Under the pieces are notes generated by a model that was not told the DNA's origin, searched no databases, and saw nothing but the letters and a program-made list of their open reading frames with translations. Shown here one piece after another: positions 36,290 through 45,885 of a stretch of 64,000 nt of DNA. The stretch's first letter is position 1; each line of letters begins with the position of its first letter. Origin of the DNA: Candidatus Eiseniibacteriota bacterium (GTDB lineage Bacteria > ARS69). The translations under genes were made by a program, and so were the position numbers. The DNA is taken from assembly GCA_052390515.1 (NCBI GenBank), contig JBQTGV010000068.1, positions 16,760-80,759 on the forward strand, in the 5' to 3' direction.

Positions 36290-36495
36290 TGATCCGCCCG
36301 TGCCGCCGGTTCCGGCGGCACAGACAGCTCGAGGAACGAAGGGAAGCCGGTGCGAATCCGGCGCGGCCCCGCCACTGTGAGCGGAGACGCCTCCCGCAAG
36401 ACGCCACGGCACGTAGCCGGAAGGCGCGGGATGCGGATGACCCGCGAGCCAGGAGACCGACTCGGGCATTCACGGGTACCGCCTTCGAGGGTGAG
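36290..36495 (+). promoter_or_regulatory. Cobalamin (B12) riboswitch aptamer
   Basis: Matches the conserved core AGGGAAGCCGGTGCGAATCCGGCGCGGCCCCGCCACTGTGAGCGGAG (B12 box GCCACTG at 36371-36377) and the downstream AGCCAGGAGACC (36447-36458). Located in a 444-nt gap upstream of an operon containing a TonB-dependent receptor. Confidence 0.85.
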
Positions 36496-36561
36496 GCAGG
36501 TGACGTCGATCTCGGGTAGCGCGTTCGTCCGCACTCCTCCCGACAGCTTCATCGGATCGCC

Positions 36562-36592
36562 GCTCCTCCTTTTCATCGAGGCCGGGAGGAGC
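36562..36592 (+). promoter_or_regulatory. SD-sequestering hairpin (riboswitch expression platform)
   Basis: GCTCCTCC (36562-36569) is complementary to GGAGGAGC (36585-36592), which contains the ribosome-binding site 5 nt before ATG 36598. A second anti-SD-like CTCCTCCC lies at about 36534-36541. Confidence 0.6.
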
Positions 36593-36597
36593 AAGTC

Positions 36598-38190
36598 ATG
36601 CCTTCTCGACTCCGATGGGGAATACGCGTTCTCGCGCTGATTCTCCTGGCACGAACCGCCACCGCCTCGCCGCCGGCGCGGTCGGCGTACGTTCTCTCGG
36701 CGAACGACGCGAAGGTCACGCGCGTCGACCTGGACACCGGCGCGGTACTCCCCGACGTGACGACCGCCGGCGCCTTCGCGAACCGCATCGAGCGGGACGC
36801 GGACGGCCGGCTGGGCGCGATCGTCTCGTCGGGATCGGACGAGGTGGCCCTCTTCGACTTCCCCACGGAGACGGTCTTCGGAACCGTGCCGCTTCCGGCG
36901 GGATCGAATCCGTGGACCGCGGAGATCGTCGGAACGCGCGTCTTCGTCACCTGTCTGCTGACCGACACGCTCTACGAGATCGACGCGACGACCCTCGCGG
37001 TGACGGACAGCGCCGCCACCGGCACGGCGCCGGAAGGAATCGCGGTGACCGGCGGCCACCTGTACGTCGCGAACACGGGGTTCGACTTCGGCACGTTCGG
37101 GTACGGGCCGGGCACGGTCACGGTGCTGGATCTCGACGATCTCTCCGAGGTCGCTACCGTTCCCGTTTCGGTGAACCCGCAGGACTGCCTCGTCGCCTCC
37201 GACGGGAACGTCCACGTGGTGTGCACGGGGAACTTCGGTCCGGTCACCGGATCGATCGACGTGATCGATCCGGGAAGCAAGACCGTCATCGCGTCCCTCC
37301 CCGTGCCGGCATACCCGGGCGGCGGTGCGGTCTCGCCGTCCGGGTCGGTCCATCTCTCGGTGACGACGCCCTCGTTCGGCTCGGAGATCTGGACGTACGT
37401 CGCCGCTTCGCTCGTGCTCGTGCACGACGGATCGAACCCGCTGCTGCCGTCGTTCGACTTCTACGGCGAGCCGGCCGCGACCGCGGCGCAGGAGCTCTTG
37501 GTGCCGGACTTCTCCGCCGATCTGCTCCTCGTGGAGATGCCGGAGGCACCGGGAGCTCCCACCGCGGTGCTCGTGGGCGATGGTCCGATCGACGTGGCGG
37601 TCATCGATGATCCGGGTCCGGTGCCCATCGTCCTCCGCGGCATCTCCGCCGAGAACGTGGCGTCCGGGATCCGCCTCTCGTGGAACGCGCTGCTCGAGGC
37701 GGACGTCGCCGGATTCGTCGTGGAGCGTTCCGTCCCGGCCCGCGGCGAGACCCGGCGAGTGGCCGACGATCTTCCGGCGGCCCGGAACGCGGAGTGGACC
37801 GACGAGGCCGTCACCGACGACGAGCGTTACGTGTACCGCGTGGGCGCCGTCGGCTTCCGCGGCGGGCTCATCTGGTCGGAGGAGACGTCGATCGTGCGCC
37901 GCAGCGCGCCGAGCCGGCTCGCGTTCGCCCGCGTGCGCCCCAACCCCGCGCGCGGACCCGTCTCCTTCGACGTCGTCGTCCCGCGGGATGGTGCCGTCGA
38001 GCTCGAGCTGCTGGATGCCGCCGGGCGCCGGATCGCGCGGCGAGCAGTGGGCGGCGTGCCCGCGGGCTCGGTGACGTTCGAGTGGGACGGAAGGGATGAC
38101 ACCGGCACGGCGGTAGCGTCAGGCATGTACTTCGCGAGGGTCCGGTCCGGCGGGGAGGTCGCCGTCGAGCGCGTGCTCCGCGTGCGATGA
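36598..38190 (+). CDS. Secreted YVTN-type beta-propeller protein with an Fn3-like module and a FlgD-Ig/T9SS-type C-terminal domain
   Basis: Signal peptide MPSRLRWGIRVLALILLARTATA. Propeller-like repeats (AYVLSANDAKVTRVDL, VFVTCLLTDTLYEID, LYVANTG, VHVVCTGNFG). CTD RPNPARGPVSFDVVVPRDGAVELELLDAAGRRI...VTFEWDGRDDTGTAVASGMYFARV. Confidence 0.75.
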   Translation: MPSRLRWGIRVLALILLARTATASPPARSAYVLSANDAKVTRVDLDTGAVLPDVTTAGAFANRIERDADGRLGAIVSSGSDEVALFDFPTETVFGTVPLPAGSNPWTAEIVGTRVFVTCLLTDTLYEIDATTLAVTDSAATGTAPEGIAVTGGHLYVANTGFDFGTFGYGPGTVTVLDLDDLSEVATVPVSVNPQDCLVASDGNVHVVCTGNFGPVTGSIDVIDPGSKTVIASLPVPAYPGGGAVSPSGSVHLSVTTPSFGSEIWTYVAASLVLVHDGSNPLLPSFDFYGEPAATAAQELLVPDFSADLLLVEMPEAPGAPTAVLVGDGPIDVAVIDDPGPVPIVLRGISAENVASGIRLSWNALLEADVAGFVVERSVPARGETRRVADDLPAARNAEWTDEAVTDDERYVYRVGAVGFRGGLIWSEETSIVRRSAPSRLAFARVRPNPARGPVSFDVVVPRDGAVELELLDAAGRRIARRAVGGVPAGSVTFEWDGRDDTGTAVASGMYFARVRSGGEVAVERVLRVR

Positions 38191-40106
38191 TGTTCGCTCA
38201 CGTTCTGGCTGCGCTTGCCGCCGGATTCGCTGCCGGCGCGGACGTGGCACCGCCGCCGGCCGGCTCGATCTGGGATCTCCCGGAGGTGGAGGTTCGCGCG
38301 GACGCGCTTCGCGACCCGATGGCGCCGTTCCCGATCTCCGGACGCCGCATCGGCCCCGAAGAGGTGCAGCGCCGCGCCGGGGGCGACCTGCGCGACGTGC
38401 TGCTGCCCCTCGCGGGACTGCGCGTGACGTCGCCCGGCGGACCGTGGGCGGGCTCGTCGGTGTCCCTGCGCGGGTCGACCGCCGACCAAGTGCTGGTCCT
38501 AGTCGACGGGAGGCGATGGAACCGCGCACAGGGCGGCGGCGTCGATCTCTCGACGATCGCCCTGTCCTCGGTGGAGAGCGTGGACGTGTTCCGCGGCGGC
38601 GCGTCGCCCTTCTGGGGCAGCGAAGCCATCGGCGGAGCGATCCTCGTGCACACCCGGCGCGCCGACGCGGGGGCGTGGAGCGTGCGCCTCGGTTCGGGAT
38701 CCTTCGGGGAGCGCTCGCTGGCGGCGAGCGCGGCGACGACCCTGCCCGCCCGCGGGTGGCGGTCGCTCGTCACCGGACAGCTCTTCGACACGTCCGGCGG
38801 CTACTCCTACGACGACGCCGCGCGCGGCGCGGAGCGAGCCGTGCAGAACGGCGACGTCCGCCGTGCGCAAGCCGACCTGCGCGCCGACGGCGGAGCCGGA
38901 CGGTTCACCGTGCGAGCCGACGTCGGCATCCTGGATTCCGAGCGGGGCGTTCCCGGCAGCGCCGAGTTCCCCACCCCCAGCGCGCGGCTCGAGGATCGGC
39001 GAGCCACGGCTGGACTGCGCATCGAGGACGCCTCGTCCACGCGGCGACCGGCCCTCGACGTTTCCGTGCTGCGACAGGTGCGACACTATCGCGAGAACGA
39101 CGAGATCTTCGGGCCGGTCGACGAATCCCACCGCAACCTCCGCGTGGAGGCCGATGCCGCCGCCGCAGGCTCGCGGCGAAGCCTGGCATGGCGCGCGGCG
39201 GCCGGCGCGGCGACCGATCGGCTGGACAGCACGACCGACGGGATCCGCCGGCGGGACAACGGCAACGCGCGCGGCCAGCTCTCGTACGACCGCCGCGTCG
39301 CCGGCATGGCCGTGCGCTGGATGCTGGCCGCCCGGCTGGACGTGACCGACGGATTCGCCCCGTCCGCCTCGCCGCGCGCCGGCGTTCGCATCGTGCCGTC
39401 GCCCGGCCGACTCGCGTTCTCCGCATCGGCCGGCACGTCGTACCGGACGCCGTCCTTCGACGAGCTGTTCTGGGCGCCGCGCGCGACCGCGGCGGGCAAC
39501 CCGCACCTCCGGGGAGAGCACGGGCGGGATCTCGACCTCGGCGTCGAGCTGGGCGCGCTGCCGCTCCGGGGCGCGCTGTTCGTCGGGGCCTTCGTGCGCG
39601 ACGTCGACGACCTCATCCAGTGGATTCCGGGCGCCTCGGGAATCTGGCGGCCGCACAACGTCGGGCGCGTCCGGATCTCCGGAGCCGAGGCGGAGGGCCA
39701 CGCGGGGGCGAAGCTCCCCCGCGGTGCCGGCGTGCGCATCTCCGGCTCCGCGACGCTGCTCGAAGCCGTGGACCGGACCGGGGAGCCGAACGTGGACGGC
39801 CAGAGGCTTCCTTACCGGCCGCAGTGGAGCGGAGCGGCCGCGGCCGTGCTCACCCACCCGGTGGTCGGGGAGCTGGAAGCGGCCTGCCGCCACATCGGCG
39901 ACGTGTACGTGACCCGGGCGAACACGAAGACCCTGCCGGGCTCGTTCGTCGTCGACGTGCTGTGGCGGCGCGTTCTCGCGCGGGGCGCGCGCGTCGACGC
40001 CGGCGTCACCAACGTGGGCGATGTCTTCGCGCGGGACTTCCGCGATTTCCCGCTCCCCGGGCGATCCTGGAACCTGGCCCTGACCTGGGAGAGGAGGCCT
40101 TCATGA
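38187..40106 (+). CDS. btuB: TonB-dependent outer-membrane receptor, probably cobalamin-specific (BtuB-like)
   Basis: Plug-domain motifs (DLPEVEVRA, DLRDVLLPLAGLRV, VSLRGSTADQVLVLVDGRRWN, VESVDVFRGGASPFWGSEAIGGAILV). Barrel with a C-terminal GRSWNLALTWE. Under the B12 riboswitch, with ATGA overlaps on both sides. Confidence 0.8.
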   Translation: MMFAHVLAALAAGFAAGADVAPPPAGSIWDLPEVEVRADALRDPMAPFPISGRRIGPEEVQRRAGGDLRDVLLPLAGLRVTSPGGPWAGSSVSLRGSTADQVLVLVDGRRWNRAQGGGVDLSTIALSSVESVDVFRGGASPFWGSEAIGGAILVHTRRADAGAWSVRLGSGSFGERSLAASAATTLPARGWRSLVTGQLFDTSGGYSYDDAARGAERAVQNGDVRRAQADLRADGGAGRFTVRADVGILDSERGVPGSAEFPTPSARLEDRRATAGLRIEDASSTRRPALDVSVLRQVRHYRENDEIFGPVDESHRNLRVEADAAAAGSRRSLAWRAAAGAATDRLDSTTDGIRRRDNGNARGQLSYDRRVAGMAVRWMLAARLDVTDGFAPSASPRAGVRIVPSPGRLAFSASAGTSYRTPSFDELFWAPRATAAGNPHLRGEHGRDLDLGVELGALPLRGALFVGAFVRDVDDLIQWIPGASGIWRPHNVGRVRISGAEAEGHAGAKLPRGAGVRISGSATLLEAVDRTGEPNVDGQRLPYRPQWSGAAAAVLTHPVVGELEAACRHIGDVYVTRANTKTLPGSFVVDVLWRRVLARGARVDAGVTNVGDVFARDFRDFPLPGRSWNLALTWERRPS

Positions 40107-41632
40107 AGCTGAGCGCGTTCACCGTGTCGACCGCCGTCCTCGCGGCGCAGCCGGCGCAGTCCGTCGTCGCCTGGGGACCGGAGGCGAACCTCTCCCTCAC
40201 CGCGACGGACTCCGAGACCGGACTCAATCACCGCCCGATGGCGATCACCTCGGACGGCACGTTCCACATCGTGTGGGCGGAGAAGGACGCCCCGAACCAG
40301 AACTACCGCGTCTGGACGAGACGACTCGAGAGCGGCACGTGGAGCGCGTCCGAGGTGATCGTGGACTACCTCGCCTCCGATCCGGGCACGAGCGGCGGGG
40401 CGAAGTATCCCTCGCTCGCCGCCGCCGGTGACGGGAGCCTGCACCTCTTCTGGCACGACTACCGCGTGGCCGGGATCAACAACATCGAGATCTTCACGAA
40501 GGCACGGGAGGCCGGCGGCGCCTGGGATCCGGAGCGGGTGGCGGACGTTCGCCTCACGGCCACGAGCCACCCCGAGACGCTCGGCGACAACGGATACGTG
40601 CCGACGCCGGGCGCGACGGCTGCCGGCGCGATGCACGTACTCTGGTACGACTTCCGTTACGATGGCCAGAGCGCCGAGATCCTGTCCAAGACCCGGCCAC
40701 CGGGAGGCTCCTGGGACCTCACCCCGGGAGACGCGGCGGACGCGCGCGTCACGCTCGACGCGGATCACTCGGAGCTCGTCGCCGCCGACGCGGACGCCGC
40801 CGGACGCGTGCACGCGGTCTGGCGCAGCGCCTCGGCCGGCACCCGGATCCTCTACGCCGAGCGCGATCCCCTGACCGGTATCTGGTCGAGCCCGATTCAG
40901 GTGGACGTCGCGGGCGCGGTGGCCGGTGCTCCCGCGCTCTCGCTCGACGGCGCCGGCCGCGTTCACGTCGTGTGGCCCGACTCCCGCAACGGCGGGCGTG
41001 CGCTCTGGACCCGGGTCCGCGAAGCCGGTGGCGCGTGGGGAGCGGAGTCGCGGCTTACCCGGCCCGCGGACGCCGCCGACGAACCTTCGCTCGACGCCGC
41101 GCCGGACGGGACGCTGCACCTCGTCTGGCAGGACGGTCGTGTCTCGCTGCTCTCGCCGAAGGTGTTCCACCGCGAGAAGGCACCGGCCGCGGCGTGGGAT
41201 ACGACGTACGCGTCGGACACGCGAGTGTCGCTCTCCACGGCGACCGCGGTGCGCTCCTCGGTGCTCTCGGACGACGACGGCGGCATCTTCGTCTGCTGGA
41301 AGGACCTCCGCACCGGCAGCTACGACATCTTCCTGCGGCGCGGCGGTCCCGCGGGCACCGGTGTGCCGGCGGCTCCGCCTTCACGTCCGCTGCTGGTTGC
41401 CGCGCCCAACCCGACGTTCGGCGAGCCCGTCCGCTTCGTGCGCGACGCCGTCGCCGCGCCCGCCGAGCTGACGATCCACGATGCGCTGGGCCGTCGTATC
41501 CGCACCCTGCGGGAGGGCGGCGAGTCCGCGTCCTGGGACGGCTCGACCGACGCTGGCGGGCGCGTGCCGGCAGGCGTCTACTTCGTCCGGTGGGGCGCCA
41601 CCGGCGCGGTGCGGGTCACGGTGATCCGATGA
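40103..41632 (+). CDS. Secreted BNR/sialidase-like beta-propeller repeat protein with a FlgD-Ig/T9SS-type C-terminal domain
   Basis: Signal peptide MKLSAFTVSTAVLAAQPAQS. Repeated blades (GTFHIVWAEKD, GSLHLFWHDYR, GAMHVLWYDFR, GRVHAVWRS, GRVHVVWPDSRNG, GTLHLVWQDGR, GGIFVCWKDLRTG). CTD APNPTFGEPVRF...LTIHDALGRRIRTL...WDGSTDAGGRVPAGVYFVRW. Confidence 0.75.
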   Translation: MKLSAFTVSTAVLAAQPAQSVVAWGPEANLSLTATDSETGLNHRPMAITSDGTFHIVWAEKDAPNQNYRVWTRRLESGTWSASEVIVDYLASDPGTSGGAKYPSLAAAGDGSLHLFWHDYRVAGINNIEIFTKAREAGGAWDPERVADVRLTATSHPETLGDNGYVPTPGATAAGAMHVLWYDFRYDGQSAEILSKTRPPGGSWDLTPGDAADARVTLDADHSELVAADADAAGRVHAVWRSASAGTRILYAERDPLTGIWSSPIQVDVAGAVAGAPALSLDGAGRVHVVWPDSRNGGRALWTRVREAGGAWGAESRLTRPADAADEPSLDAAPDGTLHLVWQDGRVSLLSPKVFHREKAPAAAWDTTYASDTRVSLSTATAVRSSVLSDDDGGIFVCWKDLRTGSYDIFLRRGGPAGTGVPAAPPSRPLLVAAPNPTFGEPVRFVRDAVAAPAELTIHDALGRRIRTLREGGESASWDGSTDAGGRVPAGVYFVRWGATGAVRVTVIR

Positions 41633-42666
41633 AGCGGCTCGTCCTTGGATTGCTGGCCCTCACCGGATGCGCGGAGAATCCGGGCGGGATCGAGACGCCC
41701 CATGACGCCGGCGGCGCCGCGCCGGTGCCGCCGCGAGTGCTCGTCGTGAACACCCTTTCCGAGACGCTCTCGACCCTCGACATCACCACCGGCGAGTTGA
41801 CCGCGCGCGCCGCCGACCTCGGAGCTTCGGCGAACCGCATCGAGATCTTTCCCGGCGGCGGCGGACTGCTCGTGGCCGCGTCCGGCGAGAACCGGGTCAC
41901 GTCGCACAACGGTCGCGACTTCGCCGAGCGCTTCGGGATCGACCTCGGACCGGGCTCGAGCCCGTGGCTCGCCGTGCCCCTGTCCATCGCCGAGGGCCTG
42001 GTGACGAACTGGCGGTCGAGCGACCTGCGCCGACTCGACCTCCTCGCGGGAAGCGCCGGCCCGCCGCTCGCGCTTTCGCCCGGACCCGAGGGATTCGCCG
42101 TCTCCGGACGCCGGGCCTGGGTGGCGTGCACCGGCTGGCAAGCGGACGGGCAGTTCGGCGAGGGCAGGCTCGACGTCGTGGATCTCGACGCATGGTCGGT
42201 GATCGCCCGGATCCCCGTCGGAAGGAACCCGCAGGAGGTGCTGGTGGACGACGCCGGTCGGATTCACGTGCTCTGCACGGGCAACTATGGAGCGCTGCCC
42301 GTCCCGGAGTGGGGCAGCGTCCACGTCGTGGACCCGGCGGCGCTCCAGGTCATCGGGATCGTTCCACTGGGTTCTTCACCCGGGCGCCTCGCCGCAGGGA
42401 TGGGAGACACGATCTGGGTCGCCGGATACTACGGTGGACTCCGCCGTTACGATGCCGCCTCGCTCGCCGTGTTCCCCGATCCGTCCGACCCTGCATTGCG
42501 CGCGGACGGACTCTCCGCGGTGACCTGGGACGAGGCGGGCGGAACGGCATACGTCACGAGCTTCGACCTCGACCTGCTCCTGGCGGTCGACGGCGTCACG
42601 CTCGCGGTGGTCGGAGTCTGGATCGTGGGCGACGGCCCCGTGGACGTGCGGGCGCTGCGACCGTGA
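41629..42666 (+). CDS. Lipoprotein, YVTN-type beta-propeller
   Basis: Lipobox LLALTGC. Repeats similar to gene 36598 (VLVVNTLSETLSTLDI, AWVACTGW, IHVLCTGNYG, GRNPQEVLV). ATGA overlap with the upstream gene. Confidence 0.75.
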   Translation: MKRLVLGLLALTGCAENPGGIETPHDAGGAAPVPPRVLVVNTLSETLSTLDITTGELTARAADLGASANRIEIFPGGGGLLVAASGENRVTSHNGRDFAERFGIDLGPGSSPWLAVPLSIAEGLVTNWRSSDLRRLDLLAGSAGPPLALSPGPEGFAVSGRRAWVACTGWQADGQFGEGRLDVVDLDAWSVIARIPVGRNPQEVLVDDAGRIHVLCTGNYGALPVPEWGSVHVVDPAALQVIGIVPLGSSPGRLAAGMGDTIWVAGYYGGLRRYDAASLAVFPDPSDPALRADGLSAVTWDEAGGTAYVTSFDLDLLLAVDGVTLAVVGVWIVGDGPVDVRALRP

Positions 42667-42667
42667 G

Positions 42668-43579
42668 TCAGCGGGGAGCGCCGAACGGCCACACCGCGTA
42701 GTTCACCGCGAGGCGCAGGGCGAAGTTGTGGATCACGCCCTCCTTGCCGGTGAACGTGGTCGAGTAGACCGAGCCGGTGAGCTGGTTCGGCGGAGGGGTG
42801 GATGTGGCGTCGAGGTGGGTGAGGTCGGCGTTCAGGCGAACGACGTCCTCGAGCCCGACGGAGACACCCCACCGATCCGAGAGCGCGACCCGCATGCCGC
42901 CGCCGACCGACAGGGCCCAGTCGGAAGAGTCGATCTGGAACACCGACAGGCCCGCCTCGCCGGCCGGGCTGAGCCCGATGTTCTCCACGCCCTCGACGCG
43001 CGTGGGAAGCGCGGAGTCGTACTCCAGGCGGATGACGTCGCCGTCGGACTTCTGCGTGAATACACCCGCCCCGACGGTCAGATACGGGAAGGCCCAGCCG
43101 CGCAGGACCGGCACCTCGTAGCTCACCGAAGCCAGGTACAGGTCGGTCAGCGCGTCGGACATCGCGCTCGTGGCCCGGACTCCGGGTTCGCCCTGGGCCT
43201 GGAAGTCCTCGCCCGCCAGGATGAGTCCTTCGAGGTCGAAGTTGCCGTCGATCGTGGCCAGCGCCGGGAACTGCACGCGGTAGCGCCCTCTCGAGTGCAT
43301 CCAGGTCGCGCCCAGGGACAGGCGTTCGTTCAACCGGTAGGTGCCGCGGAGGCCGTACCAGGGGGACGGATCGACGTCGAGGGTGCCGTTCGAGCGCGCG
43401 ATGATCGGACCCTGGAAGGCGGAGACGTCCAGGACGAACGACGCGTCCGCCAGGGAACCCTGGTCGATGTACCCGGACACCCACTCGATCCGGGCGCGGT
43501 CCAGTGCGTGCTGGGCGAGGACCGGGCCGGCACCCAGGCAGAGGACGAGCGGAGCGAGGAGCGAAAGGGCTCGGTTCAC
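42668..43579 (-). CDS. Outer-membrane beta-barrel protein (OmpA-N/OmpW-like), unknown function
   Basis: Signal peptide MNRALSLLAPLVLCLGAGPVLAQ. Alternating strands. The C-terminal region has an aromatic residue (…LAVNYAVWPFGAPR). Confidence 0.65.
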   Translation of the reverse strand: MNRALSLLAPLVLCLGAGPVLAQHALDRARIEWVSGYIDQGSLADASFVLDVSAFQGPIIARSNGTLDVDPSPWYGLRGTYRLNERLSLGATWMHSRGRYRVQFPALATIDGNFDLEGLILAGEDFQAQGEPGVRATSAMSDALTDLYLASVSYEVPVLRGWAFPYLTVGAGVFTQKSDGDVIRLEYDSALPTRVEGVENIGLSPAGEAGLSVFQIDSSDWALSVGGGMRVALSDRWGVSVGLEDVVRLNADLTHLDATSTPPPNQLTGSVYSTTFTGKEGVIHNFALRLAVNYAVWPFGAPR

Positions 43580-43686
43580 GTCGGCACCATCGGCGCAGGC
43601 GGCGCCGCTCCGGGCGACACTCTAGCCCAGGTTCCCCGGTGTCGCAAGTCGGCCCCCGGACCGCCGTTCGCTGATATGCTGCGGCC

Positions 43687-45885
43687 ATGCGCGGGGTCGT
43701 GGCGGCCTGTCTCGCAGTCTTCCTGATCCAGGCGTTTTACGCTTCGCTCCGTGCCAGCGGCACGTGCGACGAGCTGGGCGCGCACCTGCCATCCGGCATC
43801 TTGGCCTGGAAGAGCGGCCGGTTCGCGGGCGGGCTGGCAAACCCTCCGCTGGGACAGCTGCTCGTCGGCGCCGGGGCGATCGTCTCGGACCATGCCGACC
43901 GGCCCCTCCGCGACGATCCACTCTGGCTACTCCCCGCGCGGGCCCCGGTCCTCGCCCTCGGGCTGGTGACCGTGGCGCTGATCGGGATCGTCGGGCGGCG
44001 CCTTTCCGGGGCGAAGGCCGGCATCGGCGCGCTGGGGGCCGCGGCTCTGTGCCCGGACGTCGTCGCTCACTCCGGTCTGGCCACACTGGACCTCCCGGTG
44101 ACGGCGTTCCTGGCCCTGGCGACCTGCGCGGCCTGGACCTGGTTCCGGGAACGTCAGCTCGTGACCCTCGGCGCGTGGGGTTTGGCCTTCGCCTCCGCGT
44201 GCTTGATCAAGCACACCGCGCTGCACTTCCTTCCCGCCGTGATCCTCGGCGCGCTGCTCGCCGAACGGACGCTCAGGGCGCGGGTGCGCTCGGCCGCCGC
44301 GCTCGCGGCAGCCGCCGGGCTCGGGCTCGTGGCCCTCTCCTGGCTCGTGTACGGTCCGTTCGAAGGCGGCAGCCTGCTCCCTGCCGCCTATTTCGACTCG
44401 CTCGCCGACAAGTGGAGCCACGGGCGGAGCGGACACTTCGCGTACCTGCTCGGGGAGCGCAGCGCGGCGGGGTTCCCGCATTACTTCGTCGTCGCGCTGG
44501 CGGTCAAGATCCCGGTGCCGATTCTCGCGGCGGCCGCAGTCGGTGCGGTGGCTCTCGCGCGCGGGCGGCTCCCCGGCGACCGGCTCGGGTTCGCGGCCTT
44601 CGTGCTGCTCCCGGCGCTCTCGCTTCTCGCCACGGCATCCCTGCTGCAGCGCGTGAACATCGGCGTTCGCCACGTGCTCCCGCTCTACCCGGCGCTCCTC
44701 GCGCTGGCCGGGGCCGGCTGGGCCATCCTGGCGGCGTCGGGCAGGAGCGGGCGTTGGCTCGCCGCGGCGCTGGCTGCGTGGGCTGTGCTCGGCGCGGCGC
44801 GGATCGCGCCGGATCCTCTGGCCTACTTCAACGAGCTCGCGGGCGGCCCGGACCGGGGCAGCCGCGTTCTGATCGACTCCAATCTCGACTGGGGGCAGGA
44901 AGAGGGACGGGTCCGTGCGTGGGCCCGAGAGCACGGTGCCGAAATCAACCCCGACGAGCCTCGGGAGGGGACGGTCGCGGCGAACGTGAACGCGCTCCAC
45001 GGGATCCTCTCGGCGGACGACTCGCGCTTGCGCTGGCTCCGGGCCTTCCCGTCGCGTCCGACGCCCGGTCACAGCTGGCGTGTCTTCGAGACGGACGAGC
45101 GCGGGCTCCGCGACGCCGCAGACCGCTCACCCGTCGCGGCGATGGATCTCGCCCGCTGGCTCGTGGCGGGGGGACGGACGGGGGAGGCGCTCGAGACGCT
45201 GGGGCGGAACGACCTCTCCCGTCACGAAACCTACGCGCGGGAGTGGTGGCGGCATGTCGCGGAGGCGAGGCTCGGTACGGGCGACTGGATCGGAGCGGAG
45301 GCCGCGGCCGCGCGCGCCGGCGACGCCGCGCTGCTCGCCGAGTCTTCCTACCGCGTCTCGGAGGCCGGCGCGGTTCCCTGGAGCGCCCGCGACCCGCGTG
45401 AGCGACGCGCCGTGGTGGGAGCACTGCTCCGCCGCGGACACCGCGACGAGGCCGTCGCGCTCGCCGCGCGGATCGCACGCGATCACCCCGAGGACACCAC
45501 CCCGGAAGTGCGCGCTCTCATCGACCCCATGCCCGATCGACCGGCCGATCGCCTCGCCCGCGCCGCGACGTGGCGTCTGGCGGGCGACGAGGAACGTGCC
45601 CTGGTGGAGGTCGCCGAGCTGCTGGCGATCGATCCCGGGAACGCGGAGGCGCTCTGGCTGTACGGGGAGCTCGTGGTCCGGCGGAAGCTCGGCCTCACCG
45701 GGTTTCCGCTCCCCGAGGTCGACTGGAGCCGCGTCAGCCGTAGGCGCGGCGAAGCTCGGCGCGGAGCTCGCTCTGCAGGAACGGGTTCGAGCGGCGCTCC
45801 CGGCCGATCGTGGTCGCCGGACCGTGACCCGGATGGATGCGGGTCGCGTCGCCGAGCGGAACGAGAACCTCGTCGATCGACTTGA
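43687..45885 (+). CDS. GT-C family (ArnT/PMT_2, GT39-like) membrane glycosyltransferase with a C-terminal TPR region
   Basis: N-terminal loop DELGAHLPSG..W..GRFAGGLANPPLGQLL, about 11 TM helices, IDSNLDWGQE, then TPR-like helices. The last ~50 codons overlap the convergent MBL gene. Confidence 0.7.
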   Translation: MRGVVAACLAVFLIQAFYASLRASGTCDELGAHLPSGILAWKSGRFAGGLANPPLGQLLVGAGAIVSDHADRPLRDDPLWLLPARAPVLALGLVTVALIGIVGRRLSGAKAGIGALGAAALCPDVVAHSGLATLDLPVTAFLALATCAAWTWFRERQLVTLGAWGLAFASACLIKHTALHFLPAVILGALLAERTLRARVRSAAALAAAAGLGLVALSWLVYGPFEGGSLLPAAYFDSLADKWSHGRSGHFAYLLGERSAAGFPHYFVVALAVKIPVPILAAAAVGAVALARGRLPGDRLGFAAFVLLPALSLLATASLLQRVNIGVRHVLPLYPALLALAGAGWAILAASGRSGRWLAAALAAWAVLGAARIAPDPLAYFNELAGGPDRGSRVLIDSNLDWGQEEGRVRAWAREHGAEINPDEPREGTVAANVNALHGILSADDSRLRWLRAFPSRPTPGHSWRVFETDERGLRDAADRSPVAAMDLARWLVAGGRTGEALETLGRNDLSRHETYAREWWRHVAEARLGTGDWIGAEAAAARAGDAALLAESSYRVSEAGAVPWSARDPRERRAVVGALLRRGHRDEAVALAARIARDHPEDTTPEVRALIDPMPDRPADRLARAATWRLAGDEERALVEVAELLAIDPGNAEALWLYGELVVRRKLGLTGFPLPEVDWSRVSRRRGEARRGARSAGTGSSGAPGRSWSPDRDPDGCGSRRRAEREPRRST

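Noticed and set aside
36264-36293. A TTGACA hexamer at 36264-36269 as the -35 element of the riboswitch operon promoter.
   Set aside because: No convincing -10 hexamer lies 16-19 nt downstream (TCTGAT at best). The promoter position is left unassigned.
43583-43600. Weak sigma-54-like matches: CGGCACCATCGGCGCA at about 43583-43598, and TGGCAATGCCCTTCCC near 29867-29882.
   Set aside because: The first lacks the TGGCAC T and the TTGC half. The second has CC instead of GC at -12. Neither is better than chance in this composition.
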